Origin: Callorhinchus milii
Taxonomy: Eukaryota
Direction of reading: 5' to 3'
Assembly (NCBI RefSeq): GCF_018977255.1
Contig: NW_024704742.1
Coordinates: 50,470,001 to 50,534,000 of the forward strand
DNA: 64,000 nt
This document shows, piece after piece, positions 51,926 to 64,000 of this stretch. Each line of letters opens with the position of its first letter. The first letter of the stretch is position 1. Both the position numbers and the translations under genes were made by a program. The notes below the pieces were generated by a model. The model was not told the DNA's origin and did not search any database. It worked only from the letters and a program-made list of their open reading frames with translations.

Positions 51926-52356
51926 GGTGGTTTGTTGAGTAGTACAGAAGGTTGAGAGGGAATCTAAAAAAATTCAAAATTATGACTGATTTTAATGGGA
52001 TAAATAGTTTACTTCTTTTGAATCCTGAGTCAGTGATGAGATGGCATAAATTGAGGATTATCAGCAGTGGAAAAAATGGGAACTTTTTATGTTAAAATAT
52101 GGAATGCATCACCTTGCATGTTTCTAGAAGCCAAGTCAATATCAGAATTTAAAAGCGAATTGGCTAAATACTACAAATTGGTCATTCGATTCCTGGTTAT
52201 TTGTGGGACAGTCTACGACTTAAGTACTCCTCACTGTTTGAGATACTCATTTTGTGAAGTGCACCACTTTCTGCAATCGCTGGTGACATTAACTGCAGGC
52301 ATTGTACAGGTCAATGCATCTCCCGGTTTCTCAAAATATCTCTCTTTTTATTGCAG

Positions 52357-52704
52357 GTTGATGCCCACGGAAATATTATCCTGACAACACTCGAAATTAG
52401 GAATGAAGTCACCGCTTCAGAGGTGCTGACAAGTATCAGTGATCCAAGAGGGACCATGTATTCTTATGACAGTACCAACATCCAGTATCGAAGGCCAACT
52501 GCAGGCAGAGATGGCTACGGTAGAAGCACGTTGGAAAGGCATATGGTTCAGAAGAAAGGACGTTTACGGAGACGGGCGTCACAACTTAAAGTCAAAATCC
52601 CAGATCTGACTGACGTGAACGCCATAGACCGGTGGTCACGGGTAGTCTTTCCTATTACATTTGGTTTTTTTAACTTAGTGTACTGGCTCTATTATGTCCA
52701 CTAA
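52357..52704 (+). CDS. gabrb1: GABA-A receptor beta subunit, last coding exon 9 (M3-M4 loop with RRRASQLK phospho-motif, M4, stop)
   Basis: ctttttattgcag| acceptor; [39 protein letters not shown]...[12 protein letters not shown]; closest to recalled beta1 (ends YYVH; beta2/3 end YYVN). Confidence 0.93.
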   Translation, partial: VDAHGNIILTTLEIRNEVTASEVLTSISDPRGTMYSYDSTNIQYRRPTAGRDGYGRSTLERHMVQKKGRLRRRASQLKVKIPDLTDVNAIDRWSRVVFPITFGFFNLVYWLYYVH

Positions 52705-53272
52705 GCCAAACATTATGTACAATGCAGGTAGATTTTTTTCTTAGTTTCTTTGTTAACCCTTAAAGAACTGCAAAAGCAATATAGCATGAACCTCGAGGTA
52801 CAATATTCAGCCATATCTTTGTTTAGGTTAAATGCATATTGTGTTTGTCAATGAACTTGTATATGATCAATATGAATGGTTTGGCTTTAAAATACGTAAT
52901 TCAATGTAATACCTAACTCCGAGTGGTGGGAACTCCAATACCTTCAGTTTTCGACGAGTGCTACAAGGGAGGTGGAAAAAAATGATGAGTCTAATTAGCT
53001 CCTCTTTCGGCACATCTCACAACGAACACACTAGACTCACATACATAGGCACGATAACCAACACTAGGCTTAATTGTACGCAGATTTTTATTTTCATTGC
53101 CACACAATTCAGACTTGTATTTTTTTCCAAAAAATTCAATTCAAATGTTACTTTCAGGGGATATAAAGAAAAGAAAACATAGAAGATGTGTAGATGAATA
53201 ACTAGATAGGTAGACAGAAAGAGAGAGAGGAATGAAGAAAAACGTGAATGTGCATGTTGTATATTGCTGAAA

Positions 53273-53278
53273 AATAAA
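53273..53278 (+). promoter_or_regulatory. Candidate polyadenylation signal AATAAA for gabrb1
   Basis: AATAAA ~570 nt after the stop, followed by a T-rich tract (cttttgttt); use not verifiable, and later AATAAA sites exist (e.g. 54681). Confidence 0.4.
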
Positions 53279-55654
53279 CTTTTGTTTAAATGAAATCTAA
53301 TATTTTAATCTAAAATGTAATCTAATATTGCAAGATTGCAATATGCAAGACATTTTGATGATGTGCAAACATAGAAAAATAATTAGATAAACTTTAAGAA
53401 ACTTCTCAAAGACAGATTATTTTTTTAATAAGAGCTGGTAAACCTGGAAGTAATGTGTTTTGATAATATACAGAAATGGCTAGCAAAATTTGCTAGACTC
53501 ATTGAGCACTGTGCTATATCTACCAAACTGCAGTTGCATTTTCTTTTATATAAACTCATGGGAATAGAATACTGTTCTATTTTGGGCATCCAAGGACTCC
53601 AGGTCAGGTATAGCATGCTCAGATGAAGAGTAAGACGCTTTACACCTGGGCCAACCATGTGCTATAAATCCAATTTAGCACCAAACTGTGGACAGATTTT
53701 GCTGCAGTCCTGCATCCACCTGAAATTGGATTGAAACCGTTTACATTAGGATCCTTACAACAGCCACGGCGATAAAACAAATGTTTCCATAATTTCTGGG
53801 ATAAATTTGAACCACCATCCCAGGGTGCTGACCCGCTAACACATTGTATCGTCCAGTATCTTATTTTCTGTTTATTTAAATTTCTCCTTCTTATCCCAAT
53901 TTCTGTTGCCTTCCAACCTTTATATCCTTGTTGTTTGCACAGAACATTTCAAAACGAAATGTGATGGACTCTGTATTTCTGTAGACAAAATTGTTTTCCT
54001 TTCCTTTCCTAGACAATGGAAATGGATGGTTCTGTGTGTATTTTACTTTGACCTTTCTATTGTTTTAATAGAAAGTTAGACAAAAGAGAGCCTTGCTTAT
54101 CTGCATTGATAAATGGTATACTATTTTGTACACAAAAATAGAGCTGTCACCAATCAGAAATATGTATAATAAAAGAGAGGCTTAATTCATAATGTTCAGA
54201 AAATGTTTCACAATATTACATTCATATTCTTTAGTCCACAGCTATATACTAAGTGTAGGTATAGAACAATTTACTTAATGTACCTAGGAACACCAACTTA
54301 ACTGACCATCTTGGATACAATATACAGCTTTTTTCACCCTAAGAATGTCACTAAACCCCAATTCTCATAAAAACCCAATCCACTTGTATAAATTCCATGC
54401 CTATTACATAAACACAACCCTCTTCTATAAACTCTAACTCACTGATATAAGCCCAACCCTCTTGATGCAGAGTTAGCCTTTCCATTCCCCATCTCTTTTC
54501 CATTTGAACCTCTAATAGCTTCTCCAAATGAGATTTCCAGATTAACGGGCAGTTTTGTTTTGTTGCCAAGTCCATTTCACAGAGAAATTCTATCAGGCAG
54601 AGATCCTCATCCTATCTGTCTGGATTTTTCAATTCATTCCTCAGAGATTTCGAGGCAGAGTTGTGATTCACTGGACTTGGAATAAAACTGCATGTTTAAC
54701 AAAAGACAGCCTTACTTATAATGATTGTGCACAGGTTTTGCAGTAAGTAGTGGACAAATTTTCAAATGTATTTATCCTATACATGGCTGAATGTTGTGCC
54801 TTAGTTGCTTATTAAATCACACACGAGGAACACTAATGCATACAATTCTCTACAGATTAATAGACAAATTTTTATAAGGATTTAATGATTGAAAATGTAC
54901 ACTGAAAGCATAAAGCTTTCTTTAGACATTCCAAGAGAAATAACATCACTTATCTGTTTTTGATAATGAAAAGTGGCATCATGTCCTGCAGGCAGTGGTC
55001 GGTAGTATAAATTAAGGATGATGGCAAATGGAGATGTGTCTCAGCTGAATTACGGGCCTAGCCGTATGTCATGGTGTTTGCTAGTGCTATTATTTACTGT
55101 TGTACAAATTGCAGTGGAACTCACTAAATTTCAATCCTATTAGTAAAAGTTTAATACCATTTAGTACAATGGTATAGAATGGCTGAATGTGTCAATACAT
55201 TATAGGACATGTTGGCTGTGACACCGGGTTATTTTGGATTTACCCTTGATAATGTTTCACAAGGGCACTGCTTGTGAAACACTTTCAAGTTTTCATACCA
55301 CAGCCAAGATTAGTATAAATTCTGTATATATGTTAATCATTGAATTCCATTTTGTTACATACTTCTTTGTAGACTTGGGTGGTATATTTGGCCATAGAAG
55401 TATTTTTGGCTTCTGTGCCTGTATCTCACATTGTTGCCTGTGCATTCTATTATCCAAATGTCACATATTTGATAAGTCCACGGAGCTGTACCCTTGCAGT
55501 GTAGAAAGGGAAGGGTAGATCTGTCAAACCTTAATAACTGTGTTAAAAAAGGGGTTCCATGGAATCAAAGCCTGCCCTTTTTTCAAAAAAAGAAAAATCA
55601 CTGTTAGATCTTAATTCACTCATTGAAGTACCAAAGGAATAAGTTTAAGAAAGA

Positions 55655-56105
55655 GAACACATTTTAGAGAGCTTTATCATGTTAAAATGTTTCAAAGCGC
55701 TTTACAGAAATTACTGTTATGTACATGACTGTTTTTGAAGACCATTTTGTGCACAGGAAGTCCTACAGACAGCTATGGAGTGAATGATATATTTAGTGGG
55801 AGGATTGTTGGCAAGACATTTGGAGCAAATGTTTTCAAATAGTATCTGATATCTTCAATGTCCACTTGAAGAACATGCAGATAGGTACTAGTTTAATATT
55901 TCATCCAAAGGACGGCACCTTCATCAATGCAGCATTTCCCCAATACTGCATTGACATGTCAACAACAACAACAAATTACACTTGTCAGCCTAAATCTCAG
56001 CCTAATTACACTTGTCAGTCTGAAGAGCTCAATTTCCAATTCGGGGCTTAACCCCACAACCTTCTGAGCCAGAGATAAAGTGTTACCATATGTGCCAAGT
56101 TTGAG
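55655..56105 (-). mobile_element. Older DeuSINE (SacSINE1-like) copy
   Basis: tttcatccaaaggacggcacc..cacaaccttctgagccagag. Confidence 0.7.
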
Positions 56106-56394
56106 ACAGATTTAAGCAGCATTTTATAGTGAACACCACTATATATAGAATTTGATTCCCACTTGCAACAAGAAATTTGAATAAATTTCAGTTTCAAAAA
56201 GCAAGAATCTTCTGGACGACATACCTGCAGCAAAGAAAATAATATATAGATTAGGTTCAAAACAGCTTCTTCATATTGTTGATGAGGAGTTAAAATAGAT
56301 AGGCTTTCTTTTTTGAAATTGCCATAAACTGTTGGATCCTGAAGTATGATTGCATGATAATAAGGGTTCAGATGGAATTATAATAACAAGTTAG

Positions 56395-57050
56395 GACCAT
56401 AGGAACAGGGAGAGGCCATTCAGTCCATTGATCCTGTTCCACCAGTTTATCAGATCTTGGCAGATCCTTTAATCTCAATGTCCTGCCATTTCGCCATTCC
56501 CCTGAATACCTCTACTACTTAAGTCTCTGTTTGGCTCATTTTTAAACATCCCTTTTGATTCTGCCTCAACAGCTTTCTGGGCATAACATTCTGTATCTTC
56601 ACAACTACTTGTAGAAGGAACTGCTTCCTAACCTCAGTTCTAACAACAGTGGAAGCCACTTAAGATGGTCAAAACACCTGACCCCGTTGTGTCTGATTTC
56701 TGCGGCTTCCACTGTATCTTGAGGCTTTAAGCTAAGTTAAACATTTTTATGCTGTGCCATCTTTGTAACAGATCCATCTAACATGGGGAAGAATCGTCCA
56801 CTATCTAAACTGTCAACTTCTTTCATTACAACAATGAAACATTTATATAGCGCCTGTCACATCGGGAGGACCTCCCAAGGTGCTGGACAGTCAGGGATTT
56901 GGATCTGAGCAGGGGGTTGGGATCAGGAGGGGTGGAGAGCAGCAAGGATAGGGGTAGAAGGGTCGACTGAAGGCATGGTTGTTATTTTAAGTACATCAAT
57001 CAAACTTTGTCTGCTCTAAGGAATAACCCAGTCTACTCAATCTCTCATCA
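56395..57050 (-). mobile_element. Degraded CR1 3' fragment with nested L2 tail (~56828-56980)
   Basis: cataggaacagggagaggccattcagtcc; internal gcgcctgtcacatcgggaggacctcccaaggtgctggacag. Confidence 0.65.
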
Positions 57051-59632
57051 TAGCTAATTTACATAACATTTTTCAAATACTGAAACATCTTAAGGAGTTT
57101 CACAAAATAACTTGAAATAGAATGAATATTGTTGAGCAGCTAACTATTCAAACCTGAGCGTGAAATCATTCAGATTATAACTATCGTCCAAAACCCAAAA
57201 TGAATTTAACAATGAACCACTAGTTTGACATCTTGTTTTTTCTAATCTGGATATGGAGTTGATGGAGAGCTTTTATTGAAACTTGGTTTATTTATTTTCT
57301 CAACATTGCTTGTCATTGGTGATGATGCTTCATGACATTCATCAGTATTGATGTTGACACTGAAGGATTATCGTGACATATTTACTGCATGTCCAAGTAA
57401 TAATTCACTGTTGACTACCATGTTCATTGTGGTGTGACTAACTTGTATTACAAGATGCTAGTGCAATGTAATCATTTATAAGTCTACTCTAGAATACGGC
57501 CCTTATCATTTAATTGTTCTTGAGTAAGTGGCTGAAAAATACAGCTCTGTGTTTAATGAAACTTAGATACATTATTTATAAGTGAACATTTAAAAAAAAA
57601 TAAGGTCACAAGTCGGTAACTGGCTTCCCAGTCAGAACCACAATGTTTTTGTCATGTTCTAGGCTGGGGTATGAAAATAAACTTTCTGTTGTGTTGCTGC
57701 TGGCAGTTGCTTGGAGCCAAGACTAACTGATGGAATGTCCTCTCTCTGTGAAGGAGTCTTGACAATGTCAAATAGTTAGTTTGGGTTGTTAGCTACCCTG
57801 TCATCAGTTTTATTTTATTTTAAAATATTTTATTTTAAAATAAGTGATAATCTTTAAAAAATAACACAAGGCTGTATTTTGTACTCAATGGAATTGGACA
57901 GCCTGATTGATAAATTCCTTTTAACATTGACTGATATATAATTTCAGGACAGTGATAATTTCTCCAGTAATCGTTATAATGAAGACCTACTGTTATCTGC
58001 ATGAAATCCCAAACATTTCATTAATGCACATTACATTAGCTTATTTATAAGATGGCTCATAACTTACTCAAAAACAATACTTTAAAAAGTTGTACACATT
58101 TGTACTGTACTTTTTTAAATTTGTTCTGAGCCGTCTTCTGCCTGAGATCATAGTCGTTTCTTTTCCCACTGACTGAGATTGCAAGAAGATTTTGTGGAAT
58201 TCACAATCACTTAATTAAGAAAGTAAGCAAACGTGGGTGGGAATGCGTATATGTGCATATGTGAATATGTTAGTGTATGTACGAGTGAGGACAGAATCAG
58301 GCATGATTTCATACTCCATCGTCTGTGCACAACATTTACAATCTGTACTAGCATATGAAGAATAACCACAAGACAAGGTACCAGACGACCTCTGCAGGTC
58401 AGCAGCTTAAGAGAGGAGGATGAGGGGGAAATTGACATATAAAACAAGCTTTTAAATAACAGTAAGTCAGAAAATAGGCACTGGGACTAAATTAAACAGG
58501 AGAGTTAAATGTAAGTTCTAAATTTCATTAGTTTGATTGCCCCAAACCAATAAAATCGAATCCACATTTCATGATGCACATTTTCCAGCTTTCCAAAACA
58601 AAATCTTATAACATTATTGCCTAGAATTTAAAGATGTGTCGTTGATTGTAATGTGAATGTATCATTCAGGTTCAGTTTCTAGAACAGCCATTTGTCAAAA
58701 GCTTCACTAACAGACTGTCAAATTGGTTGCTGTGACATATTTGTACTATAACAGTTATTATGGGGTGAAAAATATAATGGTCATTAGCAGATCTGATGTC
58801 AGATGGAATTTGTTAAGAAACATCACTATTTCAGTCAATAATTATCAACTGTTTTCAGGTATTAACACCCACAACTTAAGACCACAAGTTTGGTCTGAAG
58901 ATTTCAGTTTTCCTGTTGCTGTTTCTGATTGCTAAGAGTAGTGTTTCAGTTCTGTTTCAGGAGAAACTGTTTCTTAACTCAGGTTGAATCAGACCAGCGA
59001 TCCATGAAGCAGCACTAAAATGCCATTTTTTGTATTTTGGAAACAACAACAGTACCTAATGAGAACAGAGATGACTTTGGACCTATTTTTGGGCCGAAGT
59101 TGGGTACAGGATGTTCACTCTCAAAATTAGTATTATTAATTTTTACTGAAATTCTTAGCAAATCTGATCACATTGAATCTTAAACGTGACATTTTCACCT
59201 CCTTAATAGTGTTACATGGTGATATCCTCCTGATATGAAAGGCTCTATACAAATATAATTTTGTATTGTATTTACAGCAATAATATGGTGTGAAGGCCAA
59301 TCAGCATCTTGAGTATATCACCATTGGACCACCAGACTGTAGATGAGACAAAGGTGCTCCTTTAAGAGGGGTTAAACTTTTACCGCTTATTGCTTCACAA
59401 GTAAATTGTCTATTTCCTAAATCCTAAATCAAAACACAGCATGTGTTTGCTGTAATATATTGCACGTACATCAATAGCACTGCTCTTACTTAATTTGGAT
59501 TTCAGTCAATTCGGTTAATAGAATGTCCAACTTGCACTCGATAACCTCATACTTGTAGGTTCAAACCAACTCAAGTTCACCTGCTCCTGCTTGGAAAACA
59601 TGTTGCCACTTCTTGAATAGGCTACAACATAG

Positions 59633-59845
59633 GATAATAATAATAAAAATCCTTGCATTTGATATAGCGCCATATCACATCTTCAAGACATCTCAAGGCT
59701 CTTCACAGAATATACTGTATACTGTAAAATGAATTGACTGTATATTTGATGGTCGAAACACGGCAGCCAATTGCACACAGCAGTGTCCCACAAACAGTTG
59801 TGGATTGAGTGATCAATTTATTAGTATTTTTTTTGAAGGATAGCC
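59633..59845 (-). mobile_element. 5'-truncated SINE
   Basis: Tail and gcagccaattgcacacagcagtgtcccacaaacag core. Confidence 0.85.
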
Positions 59846-60710
59846 CATTAAGATGGGTCACTGTGTCTCTGGGAAAGTAAACTGAGTAAAGGGCAGCTAT
59901 TCCCATTGATTATTGAGGCAGTAACAAGAAGGCAATTGAGGATTATCAACAGATGGAAAAAGGAAATTAGAAGATTTCCTTTTACACAGACGGATGTTGT
60001 TATGTGGAATGCCTACTGCAAATGTCTGTTGCAGTTGAGTTCATAACAGCAGTGAAAAGGGAATTTGATTAGTACTCGAGGGAAAATAATATTAAAGGAT
60101 ACTGGGAAAGAGCAGGGGAATGGACTTGAATTAGTTAGTACCAGTGAGGAAACTCGTTAATACAGACACGATGAGCTGAATTCCGGTCTGTATTCATTCT
60201 GGTCTGTAAACTTCCTGTGATGAAGTAAAGGCCTAGTCACTGATCCAGTGCTACTGAAAGTAAGGGTGCTGCCAATGGACCATTGTCTGTGCTAGCTAAA
60301 GTTGTGCAGTACTGAGTAATTCAGTAATAAAACATGTTACTTAGGGGTATTGGTGTTAAAGTTATTGTTTCTACTGACTGAAACCAAGTCTTATCGCAAA
60401 AAGAGTCATATGACAGTGTGCCACAGTTCCACTTTTTCTAAAACTTTTTAACGGGCTGCAAATTCTGAATATAAATTGTGTTCTGCTTGTTTTTTGAAGT
60501 TATCGTCGATTGTGTACTCCCTGAGACACCATAATAAGACCTATTTTAGTGTTTTGCTACAAATTTGTGTCCTTGTTAAAAATCTGAATTTTAAATCTAA
60601 AATTACTGATATCAAATGTGCAAAAGTTACACCTACATGTTTTACATTTTCTTCAATATTAAATATATTCTGGAAATATGTCATATTTAAACTTACAAAT
60701 CAAAATTTTA

Positions 60711-60920
60711 CAATAATAATAATCCTTGCATTTGGTATAGCGCCATATCACTTAATTGAGCTGTCTCAAAGCGCTTCACAGAATATACTGTAAAGAGAAT
60801 TGACTGTGTATTTTACGGGCCAATCACAGCAGCCAATTGTGCACATCAGTGACCCACAAACAGACTTGGATTCAGTGACCAAATGTATATATTTTTTGGA
60901 GAGATTATTATCCCTGGAGA
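60711..60920 (-). mobile_element. 5'-truncated SINE
   Basis: Same family tail and core. Confidence 0.85.
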
Positions 60921-62169
60921 GTTATTTTCTAGATGAGACAAGAAGCAAGGATGCGGGTAGGTGGTGGAAAGAGTATTTTGCAGGGCTTTGCAACCTGTAC
61001 GCTGGATTTTATGGTAGGTCACACTTTGTCTTTTATTTCCAAATTTGTTTGCAGAAATCTGTAACTCGCCTTTTATAAAAAGCTTTATGGTAATGAATAT
61101 GCTGGGTTTTTAGAAACCTTGGACTGTGTCAAAAACTTTGCCTTCTGCAACATGCTCTATTTGCCACATTTCCAAAATACAGAAAGATAAACAAACCATT
61201 TTGTCTGTAACATTTTAACTTGCAATGGCATTTGTTTTCATTTAAGATATCTCAAAGACGTGATAAGGCGCTATATCAAATGCAAGGATATTTGTATTAT
61301 TATTTTTTTACTCCTAAGTGCTGTTTTATTTTTGTTTGTCACATTTTGGATCTTTTTAAGCATTGGGCCTGCCTGGTTTGTTAAAGAGCTAAACACAGGC
61401 TATATGCAGTTCAGTTACTTTAAGGGTTACTTTTTTAAATTATTATTTGCTTGTATTTGTGCACGTTTTAGACAGAATGCTCTGATCATGATCACAGGAG
61501 TTCTGATCCTAATTCACATCTTTTCTGTTCTTTACAAAGCTTCATAAATAAGGGTTTGAGAAATGTTGTGGTCTGACTCAATGGAATGGTTAAAGAGATG
61601 GTGTAACATGCTATTAAATCTCTTCCATTTTTTTTCAGATATAGTCATCAGTCATGCTTACAGTGTCTTGTTCAAGCAAATTTAATTTATTTGGGCCATA
61701 AGCTGTAAAATAAATGTTACTGTTGGATGGGTTCCAAAGTTATTCATCTAGTAGGGAAAAACAGCACGTTTTACCAGATCCTAGATATTGGATTAGGATT
61801 TTACCAAAGAAATAGTTCAGTCGGGAGCTCAGAAGCTGAAGTAGGTTAAGGATATTACTACATCTGTACGCCAATGCTTCAACCACCAGCAATCACTTGT
61901 ATCAGTATGGAGCTTCACTATGAGTAACTCTTAGGAGTCAATGTTTCAGAATTCTGCTTCCATTCATCAGAATAAATGGTTGTTCACAGCACTAGAAATA
62001 TCAATTTCCTCTGGCACAATGATTAGTCATTGCAAAGTGCCCTAAAATGGCAGGAAAATAGTGAGACGATGGCAAAAAATAAAAAACATCCTGATTAAAT
62101 GCTCACACAATGTATCTCTAATCATCAGCAGGAAATCTGTGCAAGCCACATGTGAAGCCAGTGCCAGAA

Positions 62170-62430
62170 TCATTCACAAGTCCACAAGAGAAGTTTGAAT
62201 GAAGATGGTCCTTCATCCCATTTGATCTCAACCTTCGAAAATGTAAACCCTACATTTTTTCCATTACAGCATCAAGCTGTTTCTCAAATGAATCCAGTGT
62301 ACTGACCTCTACCATCATTCCTAGTGACCTGGTCCAGTTGTTGACTATGCTCTGTGTAAAGAAGCAATTCTTGGTGTCTGTCTTAAAATTTTCCTTCAAA
62401 ACCCTGAACCTGTTCTTTTTTGGGATCCTA
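62170..62430 (-). mobile_element. Degraded CR1 3' fragment
   Basis: ORF ..FKTDTKNCFFTQSIVNNWTRS..VEVSTLDSFEKQLD. Confidence 0.75.
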
Positions 62431-63539
62431 AACATTGCAGTTTTGTCAATTACAGTATCAGCCAGGTAAATATTTTACTAGGGCTTGAGAATTCTGTTTA
62501 TACTATTTTATAAAAATAGTGATGCAGTGTCTATTTTATTGTTTTAAACATTTTAAATCTTGCAGAATCTTTGTGTCAGCTGGGAAGCCCTAGGATGAAA
62601 TCCAAAGTTATTGTTCAATATAACACACACTTTTAATTCTTTACTATAACAAAAATAAATTTGAGGGGGGTGGGAGAAGAGTAATTTCATTGTTAAGATT
62701 ATGATGACAAAGAATCATCTGTGAACCTACAGAAAAGATGTGATTATCACCAAGCTGCTCTGAATCTGCTTGAACCCATTAGATATTTATTTTCTCTCCT
62801 TTAGTTCTGCAAACATGTGATGCATCTGTTGAAAGGCTGTTACTGCACTGAATTTTGAATTTAGTACAGCTGCGTGTTTGGATTTCAGTTTAAGCAATGG
62901 GTTTTCAGGAACACAAATGGTTTGCACTAAATTTAATTTATATTTAATGTTTTTATGTAACACAAAGTGCCATCTTAAAATTACTTGAGGTTTAGTCACA
63001 AAGATCTCTAGGAAAGAATGTCATCTACATGAAAGTGTTTCTGTCCAAACAAATCTCGGTATGATTGCCTTTTAAAACCTTTCCTGCTTTTTGAAAATCC
63101 TTCAAATATCATTGCAAATGGACTTGAAGCTAAATATTTTTCCTAAACATTGAATTGTTAAATTGTATGAAAGTAAATTGGCATGAGTCTATTTTAATAA
63201 TGCTGTTAAATGGTGTTAAATCCCTCATCTGCTTTTGAAATCACAATCATGCTAAAATGTTCAATGTTTTGTTTGCAAATGAGGAAGAAAAAGAATGGAA
63301 CAAGTTCTGTTTTTTGTGTACATTTTGAAGAATGCTTCACTTGTAAAGTAGCTTGCAGCAATCCATTGCTCAGAATGTGAAGGTGAACTTCATGAATGCT
63401 AAAGCCAGCAGCTCACATTCAGCTCACATTCTTTGCTGATGATTAGAAGCTAAAACATTGTGCTCATTAGTACTTGGGTAATTAAACCAGACCAAGAACC
63501 AGGTCTGGCACATCAGAGTTTTCAACATTAGCTTTACAC

Positions 63540-63760
63540 AAGATCATAAGTAAGGTTCAGATGAAGAAGGTCCTGAATTCAGCCCACTTGGTCTCATCCA
63601 ACCAAAATACCCACCCTGCCATCCTCTCATCATCATAATCATATTTTTTAAATGAATCCAACATCCTGGCCTCAACTGCCCTTCCTGGGAACCTGTTTGA
63701 GTCGTTAATTACCCTGTGGGTTAAGAAATACTTCCCAGTGTGTCCCGAAATTGCCCATTA
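63540..63760 (-). mobile_element. Degraded CR1 3' fragment
   Basis: Reverse complement of aagtatttcttaacccacagggtaattaacgac; related to the 30080 and 62170 fragments. Confidence 0.65.
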
Positions 63761-64000
63761 AGAGTGAAATTGTCTGAAAGTAAGACTTTCCATAGCAGCT
63801 ACTTGTCTGTGTGTTTTCTCAACAACATGAAAACAAACTGAACATGAACAAGAATTGGAATATTTAGCATTTATAGAAGGACACTTAGAAAACATTCTTC
63901 CAAGCCAGTGATTTATTGATTCAAAATCTTATTTATTATGAATTACTACCCTTCAAATAATTACAAAGTCTGAATTATTAACAGGGCATACATTTGCAGA

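Noticed and set aside
32174..52356. Beta2L-type alternative exon in the M3-M4 loop intron
   Set aside because: No IFYKDIKQ-like coding segment was recognised by eye, and the gene is beta1-like
54700..64000. Downstream neighbouring gene exons
   Set aside because: Short ORFs there are repeat-derived or low-complexity; no recognisable protein

Overview
Vertebrate genomic DNA, most likely a cartilaginous fish (inferred from the DeuSINE/L2/CR1 repeat content). The window holds the last five coding exons (5-9) and 3' region of a GABA-A receptor beta subunit gene on the + strand; diagnostic residues (MPSTL, AIDIYLM, ..RVQ|VDAHG, YYVH*) point to gabrb1. The introns are packed with L2 and CR1 LINE fragments, two families of DeuSINE-type SINEs with L2-like tails, and small hairpin elements, often nested. 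Highlights: (1) a ~1.4-kb intron-containing hAT-type element whose decayed reading frame matches the CGGBP1 protein across its length and stops where the catalytic domain would begin; (2) a truncated L2 flanked by a ~215-bp direct repeat that looks like an exceptionally long target-site duplication; (3) a beta1-type subunit carrying Asn rather than the mammalian beta1 Ser at M2-15', the etomidate/loreclezole determinant. All family assignments come from recalled sequences read by eye, not from database searches.
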